A stretch of DNA of 63,984 nucleotides, filler included, from Octopus bimaculoides (GCF_001194135.2; 5 parts of 5 records of this genome joined end to end with filler, not necessarily neighbours in it); one strand, 5' to 3'. Shown: positions 14,200-27,217, numbered from the whole stretch's first letter. Numbers and translations: made by a program. The notes: a model not told the origin generated them from the letters alone.

Positions 14200-15185
14200 T
14201 ACATCACACGGTCAATACAAATAAAAATATGAGAAGAGGATAAGTGAGTATAAGTGCCAGAAGGAAAAGAGAGACACAACTGGAAGAAGGTTTAAGAGAA
14301 GATTTTATTTATATGTTAACATGTATGTCTGTGTGTGTGAGTGCGACATATAAACAATAATAGACAGGCCGTCATGTATGCTAAGTGTGTAAGTTCAGAG
14401 CATAGAAAGTCTATAAGGACGTTAGAAGAAAGTCTAGACACAAGGATGATAAATATCAGTTCGTAGTCAAGGTACACAGTAGTTGAGGTGCTGTATCAAG
14501 AAGTTGAGGCTGCAATGCAGAGCTGGGGAGGGGCACATGTCGTGAGAGGTCGTGGCTTCAATGCTGCTGCGAGTCTCTTGTTACAGAAGGTTGTCGCAGG
14601 TTGTAGTCACTGTTAACCATGGTGAAGCAATTCACAAGCAGTGTGGAGATAGAACCTGTGTGAGTGTTGCTGGTTGCCGTGTACATAGCAAGAAGTTGTT
14701 GACGACATTAAGTAGATGGATGCGACGAAGATGGAGATTGCTGTATGCTGTCGGTTGAGTGTTGAGTCTCCATGTGGCTGCTGTTGTGTCGTCGCTGGAA
14801 CTGGCTGTGTGCTCTGTGGTCAGTGGCTAGACCTCAGAAGGTCTAGAGCCAAAAGACTGACAAACTGTGACGATGAGAGGCTGGCTTTTATAACATTCTA
14901 TCAGCTCACCAGAAGTTTAGAAAATACTGTCTCACGTGACCTAATCTAAAGGCTGCGATTGGTTGGGTTGCATCTTGGCATGCAATAGAGCAAGAGACAA
15001 ATTGCGCCAATACCAACCAATCAGAGTGGTGGACACAACAGGGTCCAAAGGTGTGGCCGAAGGCTAGCTGTTATCCACTACGTNNNNNNNNNNAAAGGTG
15101 TGGCCGAAGGCTAGCTGTTATCCACTACGTCCGTATTCATGTATATATAACAGAGAGAGAAGTATCCCTTAAGGTGTACACTACA
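14200..15185 (-). mobile_element. Unclassified LTR-like repeat
   Basis: On the minus strand: CCAAT-type boxes, TATAAAA (14888-14894), an 8-bp-stem hairpin ctagacct/aggtctag near 14827-14846, a C/A-rich body, then AATAAA near 14305. No target-site duplication found and boundaries are uncertain. Confidence 0.35.
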
Positions 15186-17304
15186 TATCTATATGTTGGC
15201 TATGTGATCATGTGTGTGTGTTTGGGTGTGTGTGTGTTTGTGTGGAGGTGAGCACCAGTGCATGTGCGTGTCTGTAGATATATACAAAAGTATTTATCTG
15301 TATTTATAAATATATGTATATATGTGTATATGTGTACGTATTACATGTGTATGTCTTTGTATACATGTATGTATGTGTATACATGATATATAAGGTATAC
15401 AAATGAGTGAACAATATATAATAGTCANNNNNNNNNNNNNNNNNNNNNNNNNNNNNNNNNNNNNNNNNNNNNNNNNNNNNNNNNNNNNNNNNNNNNNNNN
15501 NNNNNNNNNNNNNNNNNNNNNNNNNNNNNNNNNNNNNNNNNNNNNNNNNNNNNNNNNNNNNNNNNNNNNNNNNNNNNNNNNNNNNNNNNNNNNNNNNNNN
15601 NNNNNNNNNNNNNNNNNNNNNNNNNNNNNNNNNNNNNNNNNNNNNNNNNNNNNNNNNNNNNNNNNNNNNNNNNNNNNNNNNNNNGTTTGTGTGGAGGTGA
15701 GCACCAGTGCATGTGCGTGTCTGTAGATATATACAAAAGTATTTATCTGTATTTATAAATATATGTATATATGTGTATATGTGTACGTATTACATGTATA
15801 TGTCTTTGTATACATGTATGTATATGTATACATGATATATAAGGTATACAAATGAGTGAACAATATATAATAGTCACAAGTTTTTATGTGCCCCTTCACC
15901 CCTTCCCACTGTCCTTAATTGTTGTTCACAAAATGAACTGATAAATGAATTCAATAAAATCATTATACAGATTAGCAGTCTGTTATCTCTATCATGTGTT
16001 TCTCTGGCAACACATAGTCTCCTATCCATCACCTTGGTTTTATTATATAAATTTTTTTTTTCCCTCACTTAATACCAAATGTAAACTGCTTCCTGAAGTT
16101 AATTGAATTTGGTTGGTTCCTATAACCCCAATGGTTACTTCTGTCAAGCATTCTACAACCCAGTAACAACTGTTACACTTCTCAGAAGATTTGACACGAC
16201 ATCATGATTATGTAATTTACAGCACGTAACAAGTAATCATTTTATTGCTGTTAACGAAACATTCATAAGAATGTGCAATGGAATATCTTATAAACAATCT
16301 CACATTTTTTCATGTAATTTACTACATGTACTCGGTGCATCAATCAATTTCCAGATTCATATTAAATGATATATGTATAGAAACATGAACTAGATATGCG
16401 TACAAGAACATGAACTGGAAATGAGTACAGAAACACGAATATGGGGTTATAATTCATGGTTATTTGTCGCACAACTTTTGCTTTAAATTTCACAAGAGGA
16501 ATACACACACAAACACAAAACACGCACACACATACCTATACATGCATACACGTACACATATGCGTGTATATGTGTGTGCATGTGTGTATATATNNNNNNN
16601 NNNNNNNNNNNNNNNNNNNNNNNNNNNNNNNNNNNNNNNNNNNNNNNNNNNNNNNNNNNNNNNNNNNNNNNNNNNNNNNNNNNNNNNNNNNNNNNNNNNN
16701 NNNNNNNNNNNNNNNNNNNNNNNNNNNNNNNNNNNNNNNNNNNNNNNNNNNNNNNNNNNNNNNNNNNNNNNNNNNNNNNNNNNNNNNNNNNNNNNNNNNN
16801 NNNNNNNNNNNNNNNNNNNNNNNNNNNNNNNNNNNNNNNNNNNNNNNNNNNNNNNNNNNNNNNNNNNNNNNNNNNNNNNNNNNNNNNNNNNNNNNNNNNN
16901 NNNNNNNNNNNNNNNNNNNNNNNNNNNNNNNNNNNNNNNNNNNNNNNNNNNNNNNNNNNNNNNNNNNNNNNNNNNNNNNNNNNNNNNNNNNNNNNNNNNN
17001 NNNNNNNNNNNNNNNNNNNNNNNNNNNNNNNNNNNNNNNNNNNNNNNNNNNNNNNNNNNNNNNNNNNNNNNNNNNNNNNNNNNNNNNNNNNNNNNNNNNN
17101 NNNNNNNNNNNNNTATATGAAAATGGATGAGTAAATTTTCTTTTGTTTATAGTTAACACGCAAAATTCAATAAACAGTTACCAGGGTAGCAAAATTCACG
17201 CAAGTAACAAAGATGTAGCAGCCTGTTCAAAGGCAGAAACTCTGGGTTAATGAGCAATAATTTGTATAGCATAAATAAATAAATGGAGTTAAACACAGGT
17301 GTTA

Positions 17305-17415
17305 TTCAAATTCTTTGACTTCCGACATATATTTCGAAGACAACATTGGTATTATTCCAAAGGAATAAATGGTGTAAAATAATGTAATCTTCTCATCAGG
17401 GAAAGAAAGAGAATC
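17305..17415 (-). ncRNA. Type I hammerhead ribozyme motif in the inverted PLE pLTR (core intact)
   Basis: Minus strand: ctttcc-CTGATGA-gaaga...tcttc-GAAA-tatatg-TC-ggaag. CUGAUGA at 17399-17393, GAAA at 17335-17332, GUC site at 17326-17324. Stem II closes with gaaga/tcttc, stem I with ttcc/ggaa, and stem III is the near-palindrome ATATATGT. Confidence 0.7.
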
Positions 17416-18054
17416 AAACTCAACAAGAAGACATTTTAACAAACGTGATGACTGAGTAAATGATGAACAGGACGCTATTGAGTATTTAAAAACATCGTTA
17501 GTATATATGATGTCAAAGGTAATGCATATGAAGAGAAGGGGTAAAGAATAGCACAGGACTTAGTAAATTGATTTGGTATCTTAACGATAATAAGAAATAT
17601 AATTTAGATTGGTTCATCCTGTCAATTTCTTTTCCTTATGACAAAGGTAAAAAATTCTGTAACATTTGTAATTCTGAACTGTTCTACATTCTCTTTTCTA
17701 AGAATTCCTTTGTAAACACATTTATTGGGCATTCTTATCGATGTAAACATTGGCATAACACACTTTTAGCTCATATAGGTGATTTCTGCGAATCTATATA
17801 TTTTGAGCATTTAGTTCTTCTCTCACTCTACTCCCAATAGAGATATCTATTTCCAAGCATTTGAACATTTATTTAACTCACATATTGCTCTGTATTTCTC
17901 CTTTATTAGTTCTCTCCTTATTGATTTCTTTACCCCTTCTCTTCATATGCACTACCTTTGGCGTCATATATACTAACGGTTTTTTTAAATACTCAATAGT
18001 GTCCTGTTCATCATTTACAGTCATCACATTTGTTAAAATGTCATATTTTTGAGT

Positions 18055-18155
18055 TTGATTCTCTTTCTTTCCCTGATGAGAAAATTACATTATTTTATGC
18101 CATTGGAATAATACCAATGTTGTCTTCAAAACATATGCTGGAAGTAAAAGAATTT
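18055..18155 (+). ncRNA. Degenerate hammerhead motif in the direct PLE pLTR (probably inactive)
   Basis: CTGATGAG at 18073-18080 with an internal cattgg/ccaatg hairpin, but the core reads c-AAAA-catatg-CT instead of c-GAAA-catatg-TC (changes at G12, U16.1 and C17). Confidence 0.6.
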
Positions 18156-18450
18156 GAATAACACCTGCGTTTAACCCCATTTATATATATATATATATAT
18201 AAGGTTTTGACTTTGTGGATACGAAACTTTTGACAACTCTATGTTTAAATTTTTGTTATAATATATATATTAAATTCAAATTACAATAAATGTAAACAAA
18301 TGAAGTTTGCTTTTAGAAGCATTGAGATGTCTTAGAAAATTACAGAAGTGATTTTAAATTCTTAAACGCAGGATAATGCTAATAATATAGCCTGAACAGG
18401 ATAAGCTACCCCTATTTTGCAGAAAAAAGTGTAGGCGGCCAGCTATGAGA

Positions 18451-18550
18451 NNNNNNNNNNNNNNNNNNNNNNNNNNNNNNNNNNNNNNNNNNNNTTAATT
18501 AATTAANNNNNNNNNNNNNNNNNNNNNNNNNNNNNNNNNNNNNNNNNNNN
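18451..18550. other. Artificial 100-bp assembly spacer (N44-TTAATTAATTAA-N44); same form near 37016, 58731 and 60896
   Basis: Identical 12-mer, with stops in all six frames, centred in N runs four times. Confidence 0.9.
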
Positions 18551-19089
18551 ATATATATATATATATATACATACACAGACGCAAGTATAAGTGTGCACTG
18601 GTGTGTTTGTGCGTATAGTAACGTTGCTTCCACTGATATTGTTGATATCTTTGTTATTCTTTAAATATGTTGTTAGTTTTGTTTTCTTGCTCTTTGTTAG
18701 AGTTTGTTTTTACATTTGTTGCTGCAATGTTTTTGTTTTTGTATCTGTAATTTGACTCAATGTTGAAATTTTAATTAGTTTTGTTTTTCTAGTACATCAC
18801 CTCCTCGTCCATCTACTACGACTACTGCTTCTTGCGTTGCTGCTACTACTCCTACTACAATTGGTATTATTACTACCACAGCTGCTGCCAATACTGCTGC
18901 TGCTGCTATACTTAGTGCTGTCCCTCTTTTTATTGTTATTTTTTTCTTTTGTTGTTGATGGGAATGTTGAAGAAATTGTTGTGAATGGCGGGAATGAAAT
19001 GTTGCAGTAGATTTCGCTGTCTCACATCAGGTGATTTCACAAGGTGTGCCCTCGTAGCCGTTTATCTCACAACGCTTCATCTTGTCATT

Positions 19090-19510
19090 TCTTTGTATGG
19101 TATCTGCTAGTGTCGCACTGTCTGATATTTCGGTTATTTGCATCGTAACTATTGATCTCAGAACGGTTTGAATCGCAAAAGTTTGTATATTAACTGTTCA
19201 TCGTACAACAGTTGATATCGCTGCAGTTGGTATCACAGCATGTTGGTGTCGCAAACATACGGTCTCCTAGTTGTCCATCTTTCAACTTTTGGTCACTGCA
19301 CTCGTTCGTATTGCAGCTGGTGGTCTCGCAGTAGAAGATATGCAGCTACTTGTCTCTTAACAGTAGATATTATACCAGCTTGTCTCACAACATTTAGCCT
19401 CGCATCTGCTGGTCTCGCAACTGTTGATGTAGCAGCTACGGGCCTAACAAGACTTGGTATCGCGAGAATTGGCTTCGGAACATTTGATCTCGCAGCTGTC
19501 ATTCTTGGTA
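19090..19510. repeat. Degenerate 30-bp minisatellite with codon-like periodicity
   Basis: Consecutive 30-nt units such as tgtctcacaacatttagcctcgcatctgct / ggtctcgcaactgttgatgtagcagctacg / ggcttcggaacatttgatctcgcagctgtc. Confidence 0.7.
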
Positions 19511-19578
19511 GTTTTTGCTGTCATTTACATTACCAATATTGTTCTGTCGTTATTGCTTTACGTATTCGTTATCTTCTG

Positions 19579-19641
<63 letters not shown>

Positions 19642-20129
19642 TTTGTGGTAAATCTCATTCATATGATAGTCTGTTTTTGTATGTTATCTTCTTGGGGAAT
19701 GCTCAACAATATGGCTGCGAGAAAATAGCAAAATAGCTCAGGCGATATCACGAGTAAGATCAACAAAATTAAGATATTTCGACAAAAAGACAATGTAACG
19801 TGAGGTGTATGAAAACAACAGATATATTTCGTTGTAACTAGTCAACCATGGTGAAGCCTATTCTATTCAGGTGGTAAAACCTACAAATAATATATGACAA
19901 ACTGGGCCTCAAAGTATTGGTTGCTAGGAGAAAAGGGGACCCTACCCGCAACTACAATTTTTATAACGAATAAATAAAATTTCAAAAAGTACATAAATGG
20001 AAACAAAAAGTTGCGATTAAATTTTTGCGGAAAAAAATGTATATTTTTCATTAATTACAGTGTACAAGTACTGTACATATTACTGGAAATGTACAGTGAT
20101 ATCAAATGTAAATACAGAATGTTATTCTT

Positions 20130-20505
20130 TTATTCTTTTACTTGTTTCAGTCATTTGACTATGGCAATGTTAGAGCATCGCCTTGAACGGTTTTAGTCGA
20201 CAGAATCCACCCGAAGACATTTTGTTTAAGCCAAGTAATTTCTCAATCACTTTTTCCGAATCCCTAAGTTATGGAAACGTAAGCTCACCAACAATAGTTG
20301 TCAAGTGGTGGTAGTGGCAAACACACACACATATATATATAAGATGAGAAAAAGGAGAGGTAATTAAAAAAAATATTATTTATTAATTACAGAATTGACA
20401 AGCATCCCTTATTCATATATATATATATATATATGACGGGCTTCTTTCAGTTTCGGTCTACCAAATCCACTCACAAGGCATTGGTCGGCTCGAGGCTATA
20501 GGGAA
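20130..20505 (-). mobile_element. Diverged family C SINE, interrupted
   Basis: 20435-20505 is the reverse complement of the family C body (ccactcacaaggc..tggtcggc..gaggctatag). 20130-20330 is a repeat-like 3' portion. Confidence 0.6.
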
Positions 20506-20559
20506 AGAGAATATTGATTGTTAAACACTAAGAATTATCCAGATATTTATTGGCAACCA

Positions 20560-21300
20560 CAATTTTAATCGGTTCACAGTAGAGGAAACAATTCTTGAAA
20601 AACACGTACCTAACACCTGACTATGTTTCGAACTCTTTCAACTTTAGCCACAACTATACTGGTCAATTTTCACTCCCAAAAATGATGCATCAGTACAAAT
20701 GATACAATACTAACAATATAATAGTTTCAAACAAGTATGGAGATATCAGTAATTACTTATTTTACTTCCCCACGCGAAATAAAGTATAATGAAAATTTAA
20801 GAACCTCAAAGGTCAATTACAAAAATGATAGATAGCATGACAGGCCTTGGCTATTGGGGTCAACTAGAAAAGCTCAAGCTTTATTTTCTCCAACGCATCC
20901 ACGAGCGCTACATCATTTGCATAATGTAGGAAATATTCTATCAGCATTGCCGAAATGATGTTGGTATCGCCTTTTTGAGATACACCCAAGACTGAGACCC
21001 CGTGGTATCTGCCCACAATATAAATCATACTCGCATCACCTAGAAACAATACAGTACAATTGTTTCACCTCAATTGGCCCCGCCTTCTTTATCATTACAT
21101 CAAAACACATTAAAGCAGAAACAGACTCGATAAAGTTCAAGAAGTTTTAGGACAAATTGCCTCATAAAATCTCGGATAAACCTCCTATACCCAGATATGT
21201 CACCATAAACAATAACTCTCTCTTCCGGTGGGCCATGTTGTCCGATTCCTGATTTGAATGCCTTTGCCAGGTGGTGTTATTAAGTTAGATATGGCCTGGG
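20560..21300 (+). mobile_element. Decayed 3' end of a CR1/L2-group LINE
   Basis: Plus translation fragments IDSMTGLGYWGQLEKLKLYFLQRIHERYIICIM and SIKFKKF*DKLPHKISDKPPIPRYVTINNNSL resemble the YWERLKxLxLYSLQRRRERY...FKxxLDKFL...PD.P...NSL C-terminus of this group. Confidence 0.7.
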
Positions 21301-21321
21301 CCAATATATATATATATATAT

Positions 21322-21391
<70 letters not shown>

Positions 21392-22394
21392 TGATAGAAA
21401 TTAGGATTGAAGAAATCTAGACAAATTCTCCAATCAGTACTCCACGAGAAAAACATGGCTACTAGAATCACAAGTGAAGAGGACGAGGATCCGCATCGAT
21501 AGAATGAACAGTGTGTTCCATACAAACTGTATATACGAGGAAGTTCACCAATCAATAGGTTGTAGCATTTTTCGCAGCGTATAGAAGCAAACAGACCTAA
21601 AAATGAAGACGATATTGTTACATCACTGCATTTAGGGTCATGATCTTTTTGAATTGCTAGAGGAACCGTTTCATCGCTTTACATTGGTTTGCAAGGATAA
21701 TGAATTAAATAATTAATCAATCAATCGGTTAATGTAATTCTCTACATTCAGCAATTTCCTCCAAACGTTAAGTTATTATGGTAGATTTTCAGTTTCCACA
21801 AATATATATTGTAGCTGTACGATAGCATAGTAACAGAACTTTAAGTGTAGAGTATTCCCTTCAGAAGTTGGACATTATAGATAACTGACAACAAATTACA
21901 TTCTTTGGTGGCGGTCGTCGTGGTGGTAGTTATTGTTATTGTTGTTGTTCTTGTGTTCTTTCATTCTTATAAGAGTTGTGAATTGGTAGAATTGTCAGAG
22001 GGTTGAGAAATATAACTTCTGGTAATTGATCCCTCTATTTACATTGTGAATTCAAATCTTGGTGAGGTAAAAAGAAACCTTTCACCCTTCATCATCCATA
22101 AAATAAAGTACTAAGGTCGATAAAGTACTTCCATAAAATAAAGTACTAAGGTCGATACAAAAGACTAACACTCTCCCCTTAATTTCAACTACTGTACCTC
22201 TTAAAAACTATCGTCGTCATCATAATCTTCATCTTCCCTTTTCTCCCCTACTTCTCTCCTCTTTCTCTTCTGATTCCCCACCCTCCTTCTCCCCCATCCT
22301 TCTACTGCCAATATCATCATCTTGATTATCGTTTTCATCATCAATAACGTCAGCAGTATTATCAGCATCATCAACATTATAAAAAGAAGCTGCA

Positions 22395-22395
22395 A

Positions 22396-22455
<60 letters not shown>

Positions 22456-22470
22456 CAGTAGTAGTATTAA

Positions 22471-22508
<38 letters not shown>

Positions 22509-22542
22509 ATAGTAGNNNNNNNNNNATAAAAAGAAGCTGCAA

Positions 22543-22577
<35 letters not shown>

Positions 22578-22662
22578 TTAACAGCAGCAGCAGCAGCAGT
22601 AGCAGCAGCAGCAGTAGTAGTAGTAACAGCAGCAGCAGCAGCAGCACCAGTAGTAGTAGTAA

Positions 22663-22696
<34 letters not shown>

Positions 22697-22774
22697 TGTA
22701 GTAGCAATAGTAACAGCAGCAGTAGCAGCAGCAGCAGTAGTAGTAGTGGTGGTAGTAGTAGTAGTAGTAGTAGT
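22395..22774. repeat. Compound (AGT)n/(AGC)n microsatellite
   Basis: Read directly; source of the poly-S and poly-L ORFs. Confidence 0.95.
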
Positions 22775-23356
22775 NNNNNNNNNNNNNNNNNNNNNNNNNN
22801 NNNNNNNNNNNNNNNNNNNNNNNNNNNNNNNNNNNNNNNNNNNNNNNNNNNNNNNNNNNNNNNNNNNNNNNNNNNNNNNNNNNNNNNNNNNNNNNNNNNN
22901 NNNNNNNNNNNNNNNNNNNNNNNNNNNNNNNNNNNNNNNNNNNNNNNNNNNNNNNNNNNNNNNNNNNNNNNNNNNNNNNNNNNNNNNNNNNNNNNNNNNN
23001 NNNNNNNNNNNNNNNNNNNNNNNNNNNNNNNNNNNNNNNNNNNNNNNNNNNNNNNNNNNNNNNNNNNNNNNNNNNNNNNNNNNNNNNNNNNNNNNNNNNN
23101 NNNNNNNNNNNNNNNNNNNNNNNNNNNNNNNNNNNNNNNNNNNNNNNNNNNNNNNNNNNNNNNNNNNNNNNNNNNNNNNNNNNNNNNNNNNNNNNNNNNN
23201 NNNNNNNNNNNNNNNNNNNNNNNNNNNNNNNNNNNNNNNNNNNNNNNNNNNNNNNNNNNNNNNNNNNNNNNNNNNNNNNNNNNNNNNNNNNNNNNNNNNN
23301 NNNNNNNNNNNNNNNNNNNNNNNNNNNNNNNNNNNNNNNNNNNNNNNNNNNNNNNN

Positions 23357-23391
<35 letters not shown>

Positions 23392-23430
23392 TAATTCATA
23401 CATACACACATACATACATACATACATACA

Positions 23431-23461
<31 letters not shown>

Positions 23462-23735
23462 GAAAAGTGAGCGGCACACACAGGGAATATCTAAAGAAGG
23501 AGATATAAGGAGAAAGCCAGAAAAAAGCATGAGCCATACTATATTGTAAAACCGTAGTGGGAGTTATCGCAGGTTTCTTTAAGCGTACAAACTGCTGTAT
23601 TAAACATACAAGACTATTACTGAATAATATTATTGAATCAGATATAATAATAAACTTTGAAATAAACACAATTAATGCGCTTATAATACAAACTCATAAA
23701 AATAAGGAATATATCTTCCTTACTATACCTCTTAG

Positions 23736-23766
<31 letters not shown>

Positions 23767-24872
23767 TTGTGTGTATTGTGTGTGTGTATGTATATATACG
23801 TATACACCTTTCCATATAAAAACATAAGGTATAAAACATCAATATATATATATATATATATATTCGGTAATTAAGAGGTCAACTAATAATACATCGTTTA
23901 ATTACAATAGTTTATAACCTTGTGATAAATCGGCAGTAGTAAGCATTCGTGCATATACGTAATCAGCTTCAATTATCATTAAGAGTAACATATATTGTGA
24001 AGAACAGATTNNNNNNNNNNNNNNNNNNNNNNNNNNNNNNNNNNNNNNNNNNNNNNNNNNNNNNNNNNNNNNNNNNNNNNNNNNNNNNNNNNNNNNNNNN
24101 NNNNNNNNNNNNNNNNNNNNNNNNNNNNNNNNNNNNNNNNNNNNNNNNNNNNNNNNNNNNNNNNNNNNNNNNNNNNNNNNNNNNNNNNNNNNNNNNNNNN
24201 NNNNNNNNNNNNNNNNNNNNNNNNNNNNNNNNNNNNNNNNNNNNNNNNNNNNNNNNNNNNNNNNNNNNNNNNNNNNNNNNNNNNNNNNNNNNNNNNNNNN
24301 NNNNNNNNNNNNNNNNNNNNNNNNNNNNNNNNNNNNNNNNNNNNNNNNNNNNNNNNNNNNNNNNNNNNNNNNNNNNNNNNNNNNNNNNNNNNNNNNNNNN
24401 NNNNNNNNNNNNNNNNNNNNNNNNNNNNNNNNNNNNNNNNNNNNNNNNNNNNNNNNNNNNNNNNNNNNNNNNNNNNNNNNNNNNNNNNNNNNNNNNNNNN
24501 NNNNNNNNNNNNNNNNNNNNNNNNNNNNNNNNNNNNNNNNNNNNNNNNNNNNNNNNNNNNNNNNNNNNNNNNNNNNNNNNNNNNNNNNNNNNNNNNNNNN
24601 NNNNNNNNNNNNNNNNNNNNNNNNNNNNNNNNNNNNNNNNNNGAAACCAACAACAGGCAAACACAAAAAATACATAAAATAAGCAAATAAATATAAAACA
24701 GAGTGGCAAAAAGAAAGAAAAAAAGGAATAAATACCATATTTCTTTCTTTTTTTTTAACAGCTACCTGATGACTTTATATTCAATGAAACACAGAATCAG
24801 AATATTAATGACAAAATACCCATACACAATACATACGTATTTCCAATCACGCAAATATGTGTGTATGTGTGT

Positions 24873-24910
<38 letters not shown>

Positions 24911-25275
24911 GTGTGTGTGCATGCATATATGAATGTATGGGTGCGCATGTGTGTGTGCGTAAATACATGCATATGCATACACATATTCATGCTTGTCTAT
25001 CTCTCTATCTGACTCTTTATATGCTTATACATATCTACATAAATATGCATGCACAAAAATATGTGTATGTATACATGCATACATATGTGCATGTGTGTGT
25101 GTGCATGAACGTGTGAATAGATATATTCTATACACACATATATATAAACATACATACATACATAAGTATCTATATGTGATAAATTTCAATGCATGTATGT
25201 GCGTATGCAAATGTGTGTGTACATATATATATATGTGTCTGTATATATATATATATATATATATATGCGTGTGTT

Positions 25276-25334
<59 letters not shown>

Positions 25335-26552
25335 NNNNNNNNNNNNNNNNNNNNNNNNNNNNNNNNNNNNNNNNNNNNNNNNNNNNNNNNNNNNNNNNNN
25401 NNNNNNNNNNNNNNNNNNNNNNNNNNNNNNNNNNNNNNNNNNNNNNNNNNNNNNNNNNNNNNNNNNNNNNNNNNNNNNNNNNNNNNNNNNNNNNNNNNNN
25501 NNNNNNNNNNNNNNNNNNNNNNNNNNNNNNNNNNNNNNNNNNNNNNNNNNNNNNNNNNNNNNNNNNNNNNNNNNNNNNNNNNNNNNNNNNNNNNNNNNNN
25601 NNNNNNNNNNNNNNNNNNNNNNNNNNNNNNNNNNNNNNNNNNNNNNNNNNNNNNNNNNNNNNNNNNNNNNNNNNNNNNNNNNNNNNNNNNNNNNNNNNNN
25701 NNNNNNNNNNNNNNNNNNNNNNNNNNNNNNNNNNNNNNNNNNNNNNNNNNNNNNNNNNNNNNNNNNNNNNNNNNNNNNNNNNNNNNNNNNNNNNNNNNNN
25801 NNNNNNNNNNNNNNNNNNNNNNNNNNNNNNNNNNNNNNNNNNNNNNNNNNNNNNNNNNNNNNNNNNNNNNNNNNNNNNNNNNNNNNNNNNNNNNNNNNNN
25901 NNNNNNNNNNNNNNNNNNNNNNNNNNNNNNNNNNNNNNNNNNNNNNNNNNNNNNNNNNNNNNNNNNNNNNNNNNNNNNNNNNNNNNNNNNNNNNNNNNNN
26001 NNNNNNNNNNNNNNNNNNNNNNNNNNNNNNNNNNNNNNNNNNNNNNNNNNNNNNNNNNNNNNNNNNNNNNNNNNNNNNNNNNNNNNNNNNNNNNNNNNNN
26101 NNNNNNNNNNNNNNNNNNNNNNNNNNNNNNNNNNNNNNNNNNNNNNNNNNNNNNNNNNNNNNNNNNNNNNNNNNNNNNNNGAGGGAAAGAAACACACAGG
26201 AGAGGAAGAAAGAGGAACAAGAAAGGAAAGTAAAAAGAGGAAAGAAAAAGAAGAACTGGGAAAACGGAGAAAACGAGAGAGTAAGAAGAGATTACTAAGA
26301 CGATGAAGAAATGCTGGTATATTTTCATAGGAGAAAATGAAGTAGGATGGGGTCGTATTAGAATGGTCAAAGAATACAATGGAAATCTTTAACAGAAAAA
26401 TTCAATTTGGAGCAAGTGATATGTATGGGTAGAAATAGACGAATAAATAATAAAGAAAATAATATGACAATTAGAATGAATAACATTAGGGTTGCTAATT
26501 CAAAGAAATTGTCAAACATGAGTAAGTAGTAATTGTGGTAGCAGCGTATAAG

Positions 26553-27217
26553 TATCAGATCAACCCCTAAGTTCTGTCCAAATTTTGAATAAAAAAAAAC
26601 AAGTGATCAAATTTTATATTGAATTGAAATTTAATCATCAATGTACTTTCCATGATTATTTATGACTTCCTTCGATATATTTACAAGCTTTTCAATCCCA
26701 TCAATTTAAAACTCTTTTGGTTTCAAAGCGAAGAACACTGAAATGTCAGTTTCGACCTCCTCCTGGCTTGCGAAAGTTATGTACCCCAAATGATTCTGTA
26801 AACTACGAAACAAATGGTAGTCTGAAGCAGCAAAGTCGGGAATATAAGGTGGATGAGGAATTTTTTCCCAACCAAGCTCTTCGATTTTTTATGATGTGAT
26901 CTCTGCAGTGTGCGGTGGCGCATTGTCCTGATAAAACATCACACCTTTCCGATTCACTTAAGCGGGTCTTTTTTTCTTCAAAGCGTGGTTCAAACGCTCT
27001 AATTGCTGACAGTAGACTTGCGCATTGATTGTTGCATTAGATGGTAACAATTCAAAGTGAATTACTCCTTTGCAATCCCAACAGATAGAGAGAAGAAACT
27101 TTTTTCCATGAAGTTCCCTTCTCGTTTGCGGTTGAGCTTTTTCCCTTCTACCAAGCTATTATTTACGACGTTTAACATTTCGATAGAAGATCCATATTTC
27201 GTTACCAGTCACAAATC
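26553..27217 (-). mobile_element. Mariner (DD34D) transposon relic: catalytic domain and 3' terminus; 5' part lost in the gap
   Basis: Minus translation FVTGNEIW...GVIHFELLPSNATINAQVYCQQLERL...FYQDNAPPHTAEITS*KIEELGWEKIPHPPYIPDFAASDYHLFRSLQNHL. There are 34 residues between the second and third Asp, the first Asp is mutated to Asn, and in-frame stops are present. A TA-flanked TIR-like end starts near 26553. Confidence 0.9.

Larger units (their letters stand above)
17279..18183 (+). mobile_element. 5'-truncated Penelope-like element: inverted pLTR + ORF C-terminus + 3' pLTR
   Basis: About 270-bp arms at 17279-17548 and 17927-18183 are diverged inverted copies. The interior (plus, ~17550-17790) encodes STGLSKLIWYLNDNKKYNLDWFILSISFPYDKGKKFCNICNSELFYILFS...RCKH, matching the LSKxIWxL...W.I...PY...K.CxLC..E...CRH tail of PLE GIY-YIG ORFs. 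Each arm carries a hammerhead motif. Confidence 0.8.

Noticed and set aside
14165-15185. TGTAG...CTACA as LTR termini
   Set aside because: No TSD, and the left motif falls in sequence that still translates as R4 protein (RLDQNSYKLWRH), so the match is probably coincidental.
15047-15877. Near-exact direct repeats flanking gaps (15047-83 vs 15094-130; 15236-427 vs 15686-877; similarly near 9915/10190, 22379/22527, 29012/29050 and 32840/32978)
   Set aside because: Identical or near-identical sequence on both sides of an N run indicates unmerged contig overlaps, not biological repeats or CRISPR-like arrays.
18495-18506. TTAATTAATTAA palindrome recurring four times
   Set aside because: Always centred in a 100-bp N spacer; it is an artificial scaffold linker.
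21390-21500. Short plus-strand frame KLGLKKSRQILQSVLHEKNMATRITSEEDEDPHR*
   Set aside because: No usable splice acceptor and no recognised homology.
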